Positions 32,157 to 42,747 of a stretch of 64,000 nt of DNA are shown here, piece by piece; position 1 is the first letter of the stretch; every line of letters starts with the position of its first letter. A program made the position numbers and the translations under genes. The stretch is from an uncultured Methanosarcinaceae archaeon (GTDB lineage Archaea; Halobacteriota; Methanosarcinia; Methanosarcinales; Methanosarcinaceae), in the NCBI GenBank assembly GCA_963721455.1, contig CAVRJG010000051.1:32001-96000 (forward strand), written 5' to 3'. The notes below the pieces were generated by a model, which was not told where the DNA came from, did no database searches, and worked only from the letters and a program-made list of their open reading frames with translations.

Positions 32157-32612
32157 TTATCCGTACCGTTTAAGTACCTCTTTTATGATTGCACCTGTAC
32201 TGCAGAGGGGGCATTCCTTTGAAAGCGGAATCCTTATCACTTTTGCTGGAAGCCCTCTTTTTGTAAGTTCTTTTTCCAGAAGATCGGTGTCGAAGCGCTG
32301 GTCATAGCCCAGAGTAATGATATCCGGCCTGATCTGCTTCAGGGGTTCAAACATATCTTTTTCGCTACCAAGGAACGCTTTATCGACCACGCCGAGTGCA
32401 GTTACCATTTCCAGCCGCTGCTCCTCGGGCACAATAGGCTTTGGCTTGTGAGTTACGTTTGAATCCCTGGCAACAATGACGAAAAGTTCGTCTCCCAGAG
32501 CCCTTGCCTGGGTCAGGAAATAAACATGTCCGGGGTGGAGAATATCAAAAGTCCCGGTAGCAAGTACACGTGTCAACAGATCACCTGGTCTCGGGTAATA
32601 TCCTGCAAGCAT
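32157..32612 (-). CDS. ribL: Archaeal FAD synthetase (cytidylyltransferase family)
   Basis: ATGTFDILHPGH, VARD, PDIITLGYDQ, C-terminal CPLCST; adjacent to ribC/ribH. Confidence 0.85.
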   Translation of the reverse strand: MLAGYYPRPGDLLTRVLATGTFDILHPGHVYFLTQARALGDELFVIVARDSNVTHKPKPIVPEEQRLEMVTALGVVDKAFLGSEKDMFEPLKQIRPDIITLGYDQRFDTDLLEKELTKRGLPAKVIRIPLSKECPLCSTGAIIKEVLKRYG

Positions 32613-32733
32613 AAGAAACTTACTGAAAATAACCCTGTCCCCTGCCTCATAAGAACTCTGCGTTGTTCAAACTATATACTGTATGGACTTTTACAATCTA
32701 TTTATAGCCAGCTATTATAATGATGGAATTTCA

Positions 32734-32889
32734 ATTATCGCAAGTAATATATATGGCTCACAAATATGATTATTGTTCATCGAACTAAGGATGCGAACCG
32801 GGAAGTCGGTAAATAAATCAAATGCGGACACAGCTTTTCGCTTCTTCTGGCAGGGCTGTTACCTTTTACATTATCACAAGTAATATATA
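32734..32889 (+). promoter_or_regulatory. Duplicated 20-bp BRE/TATA-like motif ATTATC(G/A)CAAGTAATATATA
   Basis: Copies at 32734-32753 and 32870-32889, one mismatch. Confidence 0.6.
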
Positions 32890-32939
32890 ATTCTAATAAA
32901 TATTACGATCTAAATAAACTTATAAAAAGAGGAAACCCA

Positions 32940-34442
32940 ATGATTAAAAAATCAATTCATGAGATCAATAGAAAAATTGAAGACGGAAGCGTCAATGTAG
33001 TCACAGCCGAGGAAATGGTCTCAATTGTTGAAGACCTTGGCGCGGAAGGCGCTGCAAAAGAAGTAGATGTAGTTACTACAGGCACATTCGGAGCTATGTG
33101 TTCATCCGGTTTGATGCTTAACCTTGGCCATTCCGAGCCACCTATTAAAATTCAGAAGGTCTGGTTCAATAATGTGGAAGCATACAGCGGACTTGCAGCC
33201 GTGGATGCTTATCTTGGGGCTGCCCAGATTTCAGATACTCGGGGAATTCAGTATGGTGGGGCTCATGTTATTGAAGATCTGCTCAGGGGAAAAGAAATCA
33301 ATGTTCACGCAACTTCATATGGTACGGACTGTTATCCCAGAAAAGTGCTTGATACGACAATTACCCTTGAAGATCTGAATGAAGCAGTCCTTCTTAATCC
33401 CAGGAATGCCTACCAGAAATATGCAGCTGCAACCAACAGTTCCAAGAGGATTTTAAATACCTATATGGGTGAACTTCTTCCCAATTTCGGAAACGTAACC
33501 TATTCCGGGGCAGGAGTGCTTTCTCCCCTCTCAAATGATCCAAATTATGAAACTATCGGTACCGGGACCAGAATTTTCCTTGGAGGGGCCCAGGGATACA
33601 TTATAGGAAACGGAACTCAGCACTCCCCCTCTTCCGGTTTTGGCACCCTGATGCTCAAGGGAAACCTGAAGGAAATGAGCCCTGATTATTTAAGGGCTGC
33701 TTCCTTTAACGGATACGGGACCACCCTTTACATGGGAGTTGGGATCCCTATCCCTATTCTCAATGAAAAACTGGCGGCTGCAACTGCAGTGCGTGATGAG
33801 GATATAACAACCAATATCCTGGATTATGCCGTGGGCAGCCGGGAAAAACCGGTTATCAGACCGGTAAACTATGCTGAACTCAAATCAGGCCTGGTGAAAA
33901 TTGACGGAAAGGATGTGCCTACTTCTTCTCTTTCCAGCTTCAAGAACGCAAGAAAAATAGCCAATGAGTTAAAGGAATGGGTGAAGCACAGAAAATTCTT
34001 TGTCAGCATGCCCGTGGAAAGACTTCTTGGAGAGGGTCTGGCCAAACCCATGAAGCAGACCCAGGCTGTACCTCTTGTAAAGGATGTGATGTCCGACTTT
34101 ATTGTGACCATTAAAAAAGACCAGACCGTTCAGGACGCTGCAAAGAAGATCTGGGAAAATTCTTTTAATCATCTGGCTGTGGTTTCTGATGCCGGTGAAC
34201 TGGTTGGAATCCTGACCGCCTGGGATATCTCCAAAGCTGTTGCAGAAAACAGTTTTGATTCAGTTGAAAGTATTATGACGAAAAGGGTGCTGACCTGTGC
34301 TCCGAACGAACCGGTCGATCTTGCAGCCCGCAGACTGGACCGCTATGGTGTGTCTGCTATGCCGGTAATCGATCCTCAGAGACGGGTTCTGGGAATAATA
34401 ACAAGCGACAATATAAGCAAGCTCTTTGCAAGGAGGTGCTGA
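32940..34442 (+). CDS. Homocysteine biosynthesis protein (aspartate-semialdehyde sulfurtransferase, DUF39 + CBS; MA1821 family)
   Basis: EVDVVTTGTFGAMCSSG, GTDCYPR, NPRNAYQ, C-terminal CBS pair. Confidence 0.92.
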   Translation: MIKKSIHEINRKIEDGSVNVVTAEEMVSIVEDLGAEGAAKEVDVVTTGTFGAMCSSGLMLNLGHSEPPIKIQKVWFNNVEAYSGLAAVDAYLGAAQISDTRGIQYGGAHVIEDLLRGKEINVHATSYGTDCYPRKVLDTTITLEDLNEAVLLNPRNAYQKYAAATNSSKRILNTYMGELLPNFGNVTYSGAGVLSPLSNDPNYETIGTGTRIFLGGAQGYIIGNGTQHSPSSGFGTLMLKGNLKEMSPDYLRAASFNGYGTTLYMGVGIPIPILNEKLAAATAVRDEDITTNILDYAVGSREKPVIRPVNYAELKSGLVKIDGKDVPTSSLSSFKNARKIANELKEWVKHRKFFVSMPVERLLGEGLAKPMKQTQAVPLVKDVMSDFIVTIKKDQTVQDAAKKIWENSFNHLAVVSDAGELVGILTAWDISKAVAENSFDSVESIMTKRVLTCAPNEPVDLAARRLDRYGVSAMPVIDPQRRVLGIITSDNISKLFARRC

Positions 34443-34831
34443 ATATGAAAATAAAGATCAGCATCCCTACAGAAAGGATCCATAACCCGATTATTTCCGA
34501 GTCCATAGTCGAAACCGGAATTCTGATTAATATAATGGTCGCAAATATCGACTCGACTTACGGCGAACTGATTGCGGACGTAAACGATTTACGGTTCGAT
34601 AGGATAAAAAACGCCCTTGAATCCAGGGGAGCGATAGTTTCCATTCTGGATCGGCCAATTCACAGGGATGAGGAAGAATGTGTAGATTGCGGGGCCTGTA
34701 TTTCGGTCTGCCCTATGAATGTTTATTCTTTTGATGAAGCCTGGAGTGTCCATGTGGATGAAAAGAAGTGCATCCAATGCGGCGTGTGCATTAAGATGTG
34801 CCCGCATGGCGCCTTGAAACTGGGAGAATGA
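34436..34831 (+). CDS. NIL-domain 2x[4Fe-4S] ferredoxin (MA1822 family)
   Basis: NIL-like INIM segment; CVDCGACISVCP and CIQCGVCIKMCP; overlaps the upstream stop. Confidence 0.92.
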   Translation: MLNMKIKISIPTERIHNPIISESIVETGILINIMVANIDSTYGELIADVNDLRFDRIKNALESRGAIVSILDRPIHRDEEECVDCGACISVCPMNVYSFDEAWSVHVDEKKCIQCGVCIKMCPHGALKLGE

Positions 34832-35256
34832 AGAGAGGAAAGGAAGATTAAGCCACAAAATCTTTCCTTGACAATTTTTTTGTTTTTTTGTTTTTTTCGT
34901 TACGCTTTCTCCCTATTTTTTTCTTCTTTTCGATCTCTTCCTGGCACTTTTTGTTCTCTTAAAGTATGTATAGAGGTTTAGTTATGGATACTGATTTCTA
35001 TTTAGAAACTCTCATTACTTATACTTTGAATCAAATAATTCTAAAGTACAATAAGAGAATAAGCATTAAAGGAGGGGTGCTGTCAGAACTGAACATTCGC
35101 AGGTTCTCAAGCAGCTTCTCTAATATTTCCGCGTTGGTCTCTGCTCCCTATTCTTTTCTTCCATTGTAAGGGGCAAAGTAACCCGAAATTTTATCTCTAC
35201 AAAGAAATAGAAAATTGCAAAATAATCATTAAAATCCTTAAAAAGTGGGGTAAGTT

Positions 35257-36078
35257 ATGAAGATTCTTGTACTCTATTCAGGCGAACTTGGGAAAAAAGT
35301 GATCCAGAACCTGATTAACTCGAGCAATTTCTGCGTGTCCTGCGGAGAGCTCTGCAACCACTGCAGGCAGGCCAGGAAGTCATACGCAAACTTGATTGTG
35401 GGAATTCATGAATTTCCCGGAGACCTGCCCCCATTTATAGAAGAGCCCGGACAGTACATGCCTACCAAGCTGCCGGAATGTGACCTGATACTGGCTATCG
35501 GCATCCATCCCGACCTCCTTGCAGCCCTTCCGGATGTCGCGCAGAATACGAAGGCAAAAGCCGTAATTGCCCCTGTTGAAGACTCGAAGAAAACCCCTGC
35601 AGGCGTCCTTGAGCAGCTTCGAAAAGAGCTTGAGGCCGTTGGAGTTGAGTTTGAGGCACCAAAGCCCTTCTGCGCTCTTGAAAAAACCGGACAGCCCGTT
35701 ATAGATGCTTTCGTTGATCTCGGCTTCGGAAGGCCTGTGCTCAGGATCGAAATGAGCCCTGATGGGAAGATGTTTATCGGGGCAGGCGTAGTCAGGGATG
35801 CCCCCTGCGGTTCCACATGGTTTGTGGCAAAAAAGCTCGGCTGGACTGATGTTCCAGGATACAAGGAAACCATTTCAGGAGCCCATCACTCTTATCCCTG
35901 CACAGCCAGCATGGACAAAGACCCCCAGCTCGGAGATACTATCCTGCACAAGGCCGGGTATATCATCAGGGAAGCTGTTGAAGACGGAATGGAGTGTGCA
36001 GAAAAGGAAAAGTCCAGACTGTCCCGAATTGCGCCTCGGGAGTACACTGACCTTTTCGCTTCCGCTCAAGAGGGCTAA
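35257..36078 (+). CDS. DUF166 family protein
   Basis: HPDLL, PKPFCAL, G.P...I, R.APCGSTWFVA, HHSYPCTASM..D...GDTILH.AG. Confidence 0.8.
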   Translation: MKILVLYSGELGKKVIQNLINSSNFCVSCGELCNHCRQARKSYANLIVGIHEFPGDLPPFIEEPGQYMPTKLPECDLILAIGIHPDLLAALPDVAQNTKAKAVIAPVEDSKKTPAGVLEQLRKELEAVGVEFEAPKPFCALEKTGQPVIDAFVDLGFGRPVLRIEMSPDGKMFIGAGVVRDAPCGSTWFVAKKLGWTDVPGYKETISGAHHSYPCTASMDKDPQLGDTILHKAGYIIREAVEDGMECAEKEKSRLSRIAPREYTDLFASAQEG

Positions 36079-36079
36079 T
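36023..36079 (+). repeat. REP/MITE-like repeat, copy 3, inside the 3' end of the DUF166 gene
   Basis: cccgaattgcgcctcggga identical to 20238-20256; ccttttcgcttccgctcaagagggctaa end motif. Confidence 0.8.
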
Positions 36080-36221
36080 ATTACAAAGTTACAGCCTTCC
36101 TATACCCTTTTTTTCCGTGGTTATGGATTTTGGGGTGAGTTTCCCCTGCACGTCGGGGTTTTCCGCATTACTGAATCATAAATTGAGTTAAGTGCAGATA
36201 TTTACATTCAAAACTGTATTT

Positions 36222-36914
36222 TCAGGCCTGCGCCTGGAAGTAAACTTCTTCATAAGGTTGGATCACCACAAATCCTTCTCCTTTGAAAGCCATCTGGATG
36301 GACTCTCCACTGCTTCTTCCAACCAGGGTTTTCAGGGAGATGTCTGTTTTTATCTCAGGCTCCAGGTTTCCTGACCAGGCAACTGTAGCATTTGGGTCGG
36401 TGAAGACCGGGTGTCCTGCGCTTACCTGGAGAGTTAGGGGGTCATGGTGAGTTGTGACTGCAACCATGCCTGTCCCTTCAAGTTTCACGTTGAAAAGCCC
36501 TCCTGCCATCATACCGGCAACCTTTCTAAGCAGCCTGATATCCCAGTTTATAGAGTTCTCAAAGGTGAGGAGATCGTTGCCGTTTACAAAAATAGATTCA
36601 TTTTCAAGTTTCAGGACAGAAACCTTCTTTCCTCCGTCTGCGAGATAGAGTTTTCCTTTACCTTCGGCTTTTGTGAGGCTGACTCCTTCTCCTGTAAGAG
36701 ATTTTTTCACGAGTTTGCCAATCCCATGCTCAAAAATCCCTTCCCGTGTAAACATTATGTCCCCTGTGTACGCGACCATTGAGCCTCTTTTTGTCCAGAC
36801 CATACCGTCAAGGTTTACCTCAAGCAGGCGGTCGCGTTCCAGTTCAAAAACTCCCTGATTAAGATCCCTTTCTCCTGTGCTTTGAATAAAATCTTTTATT
36901 GAATAACGTTCCAT
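36222..36914 (-). CDS. AIM24 family protein
   Basis: GSMVAY.G...F, TGEG..L.KAEG.GKLYLAD, GGLFNV.L.G.G, SGES.QM.F.GEGFVVIQP.E. Confidence 0.88.
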   Translation of the reverse strand: MERYSIKDFIQSTGERDLNQGVFELERDRLLEVNLDGMVWTKRGSMVAYTGDIMFTREGIFEHGIGKLVKKSLTGEGVSLTKAEGKGKLYLADGGKKVSVLKLENESIFVNGNDLLTFENSINWDIRLLRKVAGMMAGGLFNVKLEGTGMVAVTTHHDPLTLQVSAGHPVFTDPNATVAWSGNLEPEIKTDISLKTLVGRSSGESIQMAFKGEGFVVIQPYEEVYFQAQA

Positions 36915-37386
36915 TTTACCATCCCTTTTTGCGTTTTATTTTTTAAGACTGTTTAAATGTTATTGTTTATACTGGAATATAAAGTGCTCTCATATTTTTG
37001 GCTATCTTATCGAGCTGAGAATAGAGGTGTGCCGGGCATACCTGCCGTTTACATTAAGCAAGCTGTGTCTTAACAGAACTGATGTTTCTAAAATGCCATT
37101 TTGAGAAAACGGCTAACTCAGAGTTAATGAGCGTATCAAATAATTCAAAATTCACTCCCCTGAATCTCGCCTTTTGAATAACCAGGCAAGTTTCCAATAA
37201 TGAAAGCAAGACAGATAATATCAGTAAACTCTGGTTCTTGTCCTCATTTCCCCATTAGATTTATAAATATTTGCCTTAATATATAATATCGGTTACATGT
37301 TAATGGGCCGCCCGTATTATTGTTTTTACGTTATTCGTTAGCGTCAATAATAACGTACAGGTTAAAGCAAGCTAGAGGGACTAATC

Positions 37387-38352
37387 ATGAATCAAACCAT
37401 TAACTTACTCGAACCAACGACAAGAGCATTTTTGGAAAAAATAAACAAGCAGGATGGAACGCCAATTTACGAACTCTCACCGAAAGACGCCCGTAATGTT
37501 CTTTCCGGTTTGCAGGCTGCTGAGGTAGCAAAACTAACTGCAGACATTGACGATCTCAACATTCCAGTCGGTCCTGAGGGACAGGTTTCGATTCGAATAA
37601 TCAGGCCAAAAGGAAACAGGGAGATATTGCCAGTCGTGATGTACTTTCACGGCGGCGGCTGGGTGCTAGGCGGAAAAGATACGCATGATCGGCTGGTTCG
37701 GGAAATCGCCAATGGAGCCAACGCCGCGGTTGTGTTTGTCAATTTCACGCCGTCTCCAGAGGCGAAATATCCGATACCGATCGAAGAGGCATACGCTGCG
37801 ACAAAATATATTGCAGAGAACGGAAAAAATTACAGCCTGGATACTTCAAGGTTCGCAGTGGCTGGCGACAGCGTAGGCGGAAACATGGCAGCAGCCGTTA
37901 TACTGCTAGCAAAGGAGCGGGGTGGCCCGAGAATTGACTACCAGGTGCTTTTTTATCCTGTTACTGATGCTAATTTCGATACCAAATCGTATCAGCAGTA
38001 TGCAACCGATATATGGCTCACCCGCGAAGCGATGAAGTGGTTCTGGGATAACTATTTGCCCGATGAAGAAACGCGCAGGCAGCCGACAGCATCCCCTCTA
38101 CAGGCACCGATTGATCAACTCAAGGGACAGCCACCGGCTCTTGTGATCACTGATGAAAATGACGTGCTTCGTGACGAGGGTGAAGCGTATGCTCATAAGC
38201 TGATTCAGGCCGGTGTCACTGTTACAGCTGTTCGATACCTGGGAACTATACACGATTTCGTGATGCTAAACGAACTTGCGAACACACCTGCGACTCGCAG
38301 CGCAATCAACCTGGCGAATGATAATCTCAGGAAGGCTTTTGCCAGGTCGTAA
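37387..38352 (+). CDS. Alpha/beta hydrolase, HSL-family esterase
   Basis: HGGGWVLG, GDSVGG nucleophile, DVLRDEG, HDF. Confidence 0.92.
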   Translation: MNQTINLLEPTTRAFLEKINKQDGTPIYELSPKDARNVLSGLQAAEVAKLTADIDDLNIPVGPEGQVSIRIIRPKGNREILPVVMYFHGGGWVLGGKDTHDRLVREIANGANAAVVFVNFTPSPEAKYPIPIEEAYAATKYIAENGKNYSLDTSRFAVAGDSVGGNMAAAVILLAKERGGPRIDYQVLFYPVTDANFDTKSYQQYATDIWLTREAMKWFWDNYLPDEETRRQPTASPLQAPIDQLKGQPPALVITDENDVLRDEGEAYAHKLIQAGVTVTAVRYLGTIHDFVMLNELANTPATRSAINLANDNLRKAFARS

Positions 38353-38724
38353 TCAGGCGGCTGCCCCCTGAATAAATTAGAGTTCATCTACGGTCTTTCA
38401 GCCGGTGCTATTGACTTCCCCATAGCAACTGTTTATTGGCTTCGAGAAAAGCATTAGCTATTGCTTTCTCAATTGGTTCACCGAATTTTGAGAGGCTTTC
38501 CATACTGTCCCGCCGCTTTAGGAGCTGCCATGCTCGGATATTCCACTATTATTAAAAAATCGAATACCTTCTATTGATGTCTTTTATTACTCTCAGTAAT
38601 GCCAGATAATCTAATGCACATAATACCTGAGATAAGTTTGTGCACAACATAAGTATATATGAAGTATGTGTCACAATTGTAAAATATGCAATATCGTCTT
38701 CAACTTTAGTTTTAGAGGTGAACC

Positions 38725-39087
38725 ATGAAGCCAAAGATTGATTCTACGAGTTTTGGTTCGATTACTGTAGATGGAGAGACCTTTGACTATGACATTCTAA
38801 TCCGCCTTAACGGGCAGGTCGAGAAAAGGGAGAAAGCACTATCAAAGGAACTGTACGGAACTTCTCATAAAATCTCACTTGAGGAAGCAAAGCACATCTA
38901 TGAGGAAGGGACAGAAAAAATTATTATAGGAACCGGGCAGACAGGTTTTGTGAAACTGTCTGAGGAAGCTGAAGATTTTTTCACGGGAAAAAAGTGTGGA
39001 ATAGAACTGTTTCCGACGCCGTGGGCAATTGAACGCTGGAACGAACTTGAAGGCAGGATCACTGCAATGTTCCATGTAACATGTTAA
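38725..39087 (+). CDS. Mth938-like domain protein
   Basis: FGSITVDG, IIIGTGQTG, PT..AI..WN, HVTC. Confidence 0.88.
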   Translation: MKPKIDSTSFGSITVDGETFDYDILIRLNGQVEKREKALSKELYGTSHKISLEEAKHIYEEGTEKIIIGTGQTGFVKLSEEAEDFFTGKKCGIELFPTPWAIERWNELEGRITAMFHVTC

Positions 39088-39149
39088 TAAAATGGAGATA
39101 AGGTGGTCAGGCAGGTAAAGGCATGTTATTCAAAAGATAATTGGCTCTG

Positions 39150-40058
39150 CTAATATAGCCCTTCCGCATCGCGCCCTTCTTCCAGTGCTGTTATATTTTG
39201 TTCGATTGTGTGTTTTCCACTTTCTTTTGGTTTAATTTCTTTTATATTTATATCCATCTGTGGGAACGGAATTTCAATTCCTTCTCTCGTGTAAGCCTCA
39301 AATACGCCTGCTATCAGATTACTCTTTACAGTTCCCACATCCCCTGTCTTTGTCCATGCCCTGAGCTGCAAATTTATAGACGAATTCGCAAGTTCGGTAG
39401 TGACTACTGAAGGCTCAGGTTCGGGGAGGATAAGAGGGTGCCCTTTCATGAGGCCAAGTGATATTCCGATGGCTTTTTCAAAGTCTGAAGAATAACTTAT
39501 TCCTACATCCACAGAAACTCTCCTGGTGGGCATACGTGTCATATTAACAATAGAATTTCCCCAGACAAGCTTATTCGGGATTGTTATAAGCTGGTTGTCA
39601 GGGGTCAGGAGTTCAGTTGACATGATTCCTACGGTTTTTACTTTTCCTGTCTGTCCGTTTATGGTTACACTCTCTCCCATATCGATAGGCCTTATTGCCG
39701 CAATACATACCCCAGCAGTCAGGTTTGTAAGGGTATCCTGCATGCCGAGGCCCAGTACAAGACCTATTGCTGCAGATACTCCTACTATATAACCATCCAC
39801 ATCAAAATTCAAACTCTTCAAGAAGGTCAGGATCACAATTACATAAAGGAAAATACCCAGAAAATGGGCGAGAAACTGAATGGTAAGGTCTGGAATCTTT
39901 GTTTTCTGTATCCCTCTTCTGAAAGCATGAACTATATATTTTGATAAAACGAACCCCAGGACCAGCACTACAGTTGCGAAAATCAGTCTGGATACTGTTA
40001 TCTCAGTATACGGAATTACCTGTTCCATTATTTCGTAACTCATTTTTACCCTCCTCAC
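39150..40058 (-). CDS. Small-conductance mechanosensitive channel (MscS family)
   Basis: 3 TM segments, LGLGMQDTL.N..AG, ITIPN, N.TR...RR..VDVGI.Y, GIEIPFPQ. Confidence 0.92.
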   Translation of the reverse strand: MRRVKMSYEIMEQVIPYTEITVSRLIFATVVLVLGFVLSKYIVHAFRRGIQKTKIPDLTIQFLAHFLGIFLYVIVILTFLKSLNFDVDGYIVGVSAAIGLVLGLGMQDTLTNLTAGVCIAAIRPIDMGESVTINGQTGKVKTVGIMSTELLTPDNQLITIPNKLVWGNSIVNMTRMPTRRVSVDVGISYSSDFEKAIGISLGLMKGHPLILPEPEPSVVTTELANSSINLQLRAWTKTGDVGTVKSNLIAGVFEAYTREGIEIPFPQMDINIKEIKPKESGKHTIEQNITALEEGRDAEGLY

Positions 40059-40341
40059 TTTTTGTCTCTTTGTGTGGAGAAGATCAAAAACGATTTCATG
40101 CCGCTTTCCAGTACAATTTATAAAGTAAGATGCAGAATTCTATTAGTCAGATTTGCCGTCAGTATAATATGCATTAATTTCTTTTATAAGTATCTGGTCG
40201 ATGCCGTCTTTCTTTTATCCTGTTTTCTTAATCAGGAATAGTCTTTCATAGAAAAAGTCTTTCATAGGACAAGGTTCAACATATACAGGGATTAAAGAAA
40301 TACATTTCAAATAGTTTCATCAAATTCAGGGAAGGTCCAGG

Positions 40342-41619
40342 TTGAAGTGGATTAAAAAGTTCTTCGGAAAAAAAGAAGGTTCCAGTGAGGAAACTGTCTT
40401 CAAAGAGATCGATTTTGAAGACCTGCCCGCGTGGCTGGATGACAGCTTCCAAAAAATATCTTCCGGAATAGAAAAGGACGTCTCCGGCCTTTTGAGGGAA
40501 CTTGAGGCTTCGCTTTCGGAACTCAAAAAAAGCAATTCCAGGCTCGCAGAAGCGAAAGTAGAGGGAGACTTTGATATCAGGGCTGTAAAGCGAGCGAAGA
40601 GCAATAGGGAAAACGTGACAAAACAGGTCACGATGCTGATAGATAAAATCAGGGTGCAGGAAAACACAGACTTCAGGGCTCTGAGGGAGTTTTATGAGGC
40701 AGCCGCGCAGAATCTCGATACCTGCCTTGAGAATATGAACCGGAGTTTCAGGTATACCAGAGGTGTTTTTCCTCAGGAATCAAAAGAGGTTAGTGATAGC
40801 CTTGCCAGTTTAGGTCATGTCTTCAATGAGCTCAGAGAAACAATTCTGGAAAATAAAAAGGAAATGGATGGCATTGAAGCAGCTTCTTCAGATACGGACA
40901 AAATAAAGGAGCTTTCGGCTTCAATAGTAGCAGAAAAGCTGGAACTTGAATCTCGAAACCGAAAAATCCAGGCTTTGAAAGAGGAAACTTCCAGAGCCAG
41001 TCAGGCTCTCGAAGATTTCAGAAAAGGGGATGTCTGGCAGAGTTTACAGAGCCGGCAGGAAGAATTTGCTGCTGCCGGGGACAGGCTTAAGAAAGCCGAA
41101 GCAAGTTTGAGTTCTCTTGTCCTTCCGCTTTCAGGCCATTTCTCAAGGATTACAAAACTTCACGAAAGTGGCAGGTATACCTTAAAGCCGGAAGTAAAGA
41201 AGCAGCTTGACATTTGCCTTGAAAATCCCATACATGTCGATCCTTCTTTTTTCCCGGAACTTCAAAAGGTCTTTGAGGATAATGCTCTGGATATGCAGGC
41301 GCAGAAAAAGGAAAAAGCCCTGTCGCAGGTAAAAGCTGCAATTTCAAACTTTTCGGAGAGGAAAAAAGAGTATCTTGAAGTCCTGAAGGAATTCGAAGCA
41401 AAAAAAGCTGAAATCGCAGGCTTGGATACCGGAAAACTGGCCGGGCTCGAACATAAAGAAGCAGAACTTCTTAACAGGACTCGCTTGCTTGAAGAAGATA
41501 TCGAAAATTCTGAAAAGAAGCTGGCCGTTTTAAGGGAAGAACTCGATGACAGGAAGGAAAAACTTCTCGCCAGTATCAATTTAGTCGACAGCAGTGTAAG
41601 AGTGAACTTCAGGCCTTAA
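40342..41619 (+). CDS. Hypothetical coiled-coil protein
   Basis: 425-aa ORF rich in E/K/L heptads; no recognisable motif. Confidence 0.75.
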   Translation: MKWIKKFFGKKEGSSEETVFKEIDFEDLPAWLDDSFQKISSGIEKDVSGLLRELEASLSELKKSNSRLAEAKVEGDFDIRAVKRAKSNRENVTKQVTMLIDKIRVQENTDFRALREFYEAAAQNLDTCLENMNRSFRYTRGVFPQESKEVSDSLASLGHVFNELRETILENKKEMDGIEAASSDTDKIKELSASIVAEKLELESRNRKIQALKEETSRASQALEDFRKGDVWQSLQSRQEEFAAAGDRLKKAEASLSSLVLPLSGHFSRITKLHESGRYTLKPEVKKQLDICLENPIHVDPSFFPELQKVFEDNALDMQAQKKEKALSQVKAAISNFSERKKEYLEVLKEFEAKKAEIAGLDTGKLAGLEHKEAELLNRTRLLEEDIENSEKKLAVLREELDDRKEKLLASINLVDSSVRVNFRP

Positions 41620-41764
41620 ATTTTTTAGTTTACATAACAGAATGAAGTGAGTTTTTCCTTGCCATCGGGGTTTTCATCAATTATAAAACCTGAGCTTGAT
41701 TAAGTGTAAATTTATGTTCAAAACTGTATAGTTTATGTATCTGACAGTTTTAATTTCTCCTTAA

Positions 41765-42523
41765 ATGAATTTTAAGAAAAGAGGTTTGGCAATGACAGAA
41801 GCGCTCTACTTCCTTGACTGTTACCTTACAGAGTTCAAAGCAACTGTCGAAAAAGTGACGGATGGTAAATTTGTAGTTCTTGACCGTACAGCCTTTTATC
41901 CCGAAAGCGGAGGTCAACCAGGCGATACCGGAAAGTTAGTACGCGAATCCGATGGTGCTGAATTTGAGGTACTGTATGTGGGTAAGTTCAATGGAGAAAT
42001 CAGCCATGAGATAGCTGGTGAAAATGTCTCTGCAGGATTAAAAGCAGGGGACAAAGTAAAAGGATTCATAGATTGGGATCGCCGCTACAGGCACATGCGT
42101 ATGCATACAGCAACTCACGTAATCGCAAACGTAATTGAAAAAGAGGCAGGAGCCCAGATAACCGGAAACCAGCTCGGCCTTGATCAGAGCAGGGTGGATT
42201 TCAGCCTTGAGGTTTTTGACAGGGACAGGTTCACTGAATATGAGAAAATCGCAAATACGGTGATAGCCCAGAATCGCCCTGTCAACCTCTATCTGGTCAG
42301 CCGTAAAGAAGCCGAAGAGAAGCTCTCAAGGCTTACCACCCTTGCCAAAGGTTTTTCCGAAGAGATAAGTCAAGTCCGCCTTGTTGAAATCGAAGGTGTG
42401 ACAATCGAAGCATGCGGCGGGACCCACCTGAAGAATACAGGAGAGATAAAGGGTATCCGGATTGAGAAGCTTCAAAACAAAGGGAAAAGCAATAGGAGAA
42501 TGTATTTTACACTTGTGGATTAA
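41765..42523 (+). CDS. alaXM: AlaX-M alanyl-tRNA editing protein
   Basis: LDRTAFYPESGGQPGD, MRMHTATH, CGGTH; likely start MTEALY at 41792. Confidence 0.9.
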   Translation: MNFKKRGLAMTEALYFLDCYLTEFKATVEKVTDGKFVVLDRTAFYPESGGQPGDTGKLVRESDGAEFEVLYVGKFNGEISHEIAGENVSAGLKAGDKVKGFIDWDRRYRHMRMHTATHVIANVIEKEAGAQITGNQLGLDQSRVDFSLEVFDRDRFTEYEKIANTVIAQNRPVNLYLVSRKEAEEKLSRLTTLAKGFSEEISQVRLVEIEGVTIEACGGTHLKNTGEIKGIRIEKLQNKGKSNRRMYFTLVD

Positions 42524-42747
42524 GCTCGAAACCGAATTTGCATTTCTTTACTCTTTTTTTTCGATTCTTTTCTCCTTTTTCTTTATCTTTTCTTTATCTT
42601 TTCTTTTTCTGCCAGGGTTCAGGTCTCAAGAAGGCTTATTTCATAGGCAGGATGCATGAGATTGAAATGATGATTTTTAAGTCTGAATATGATTATTTAA
42701 TATAATTTATAATTCTTAAATTATATACGGATCAATGGGGGGTAAGA

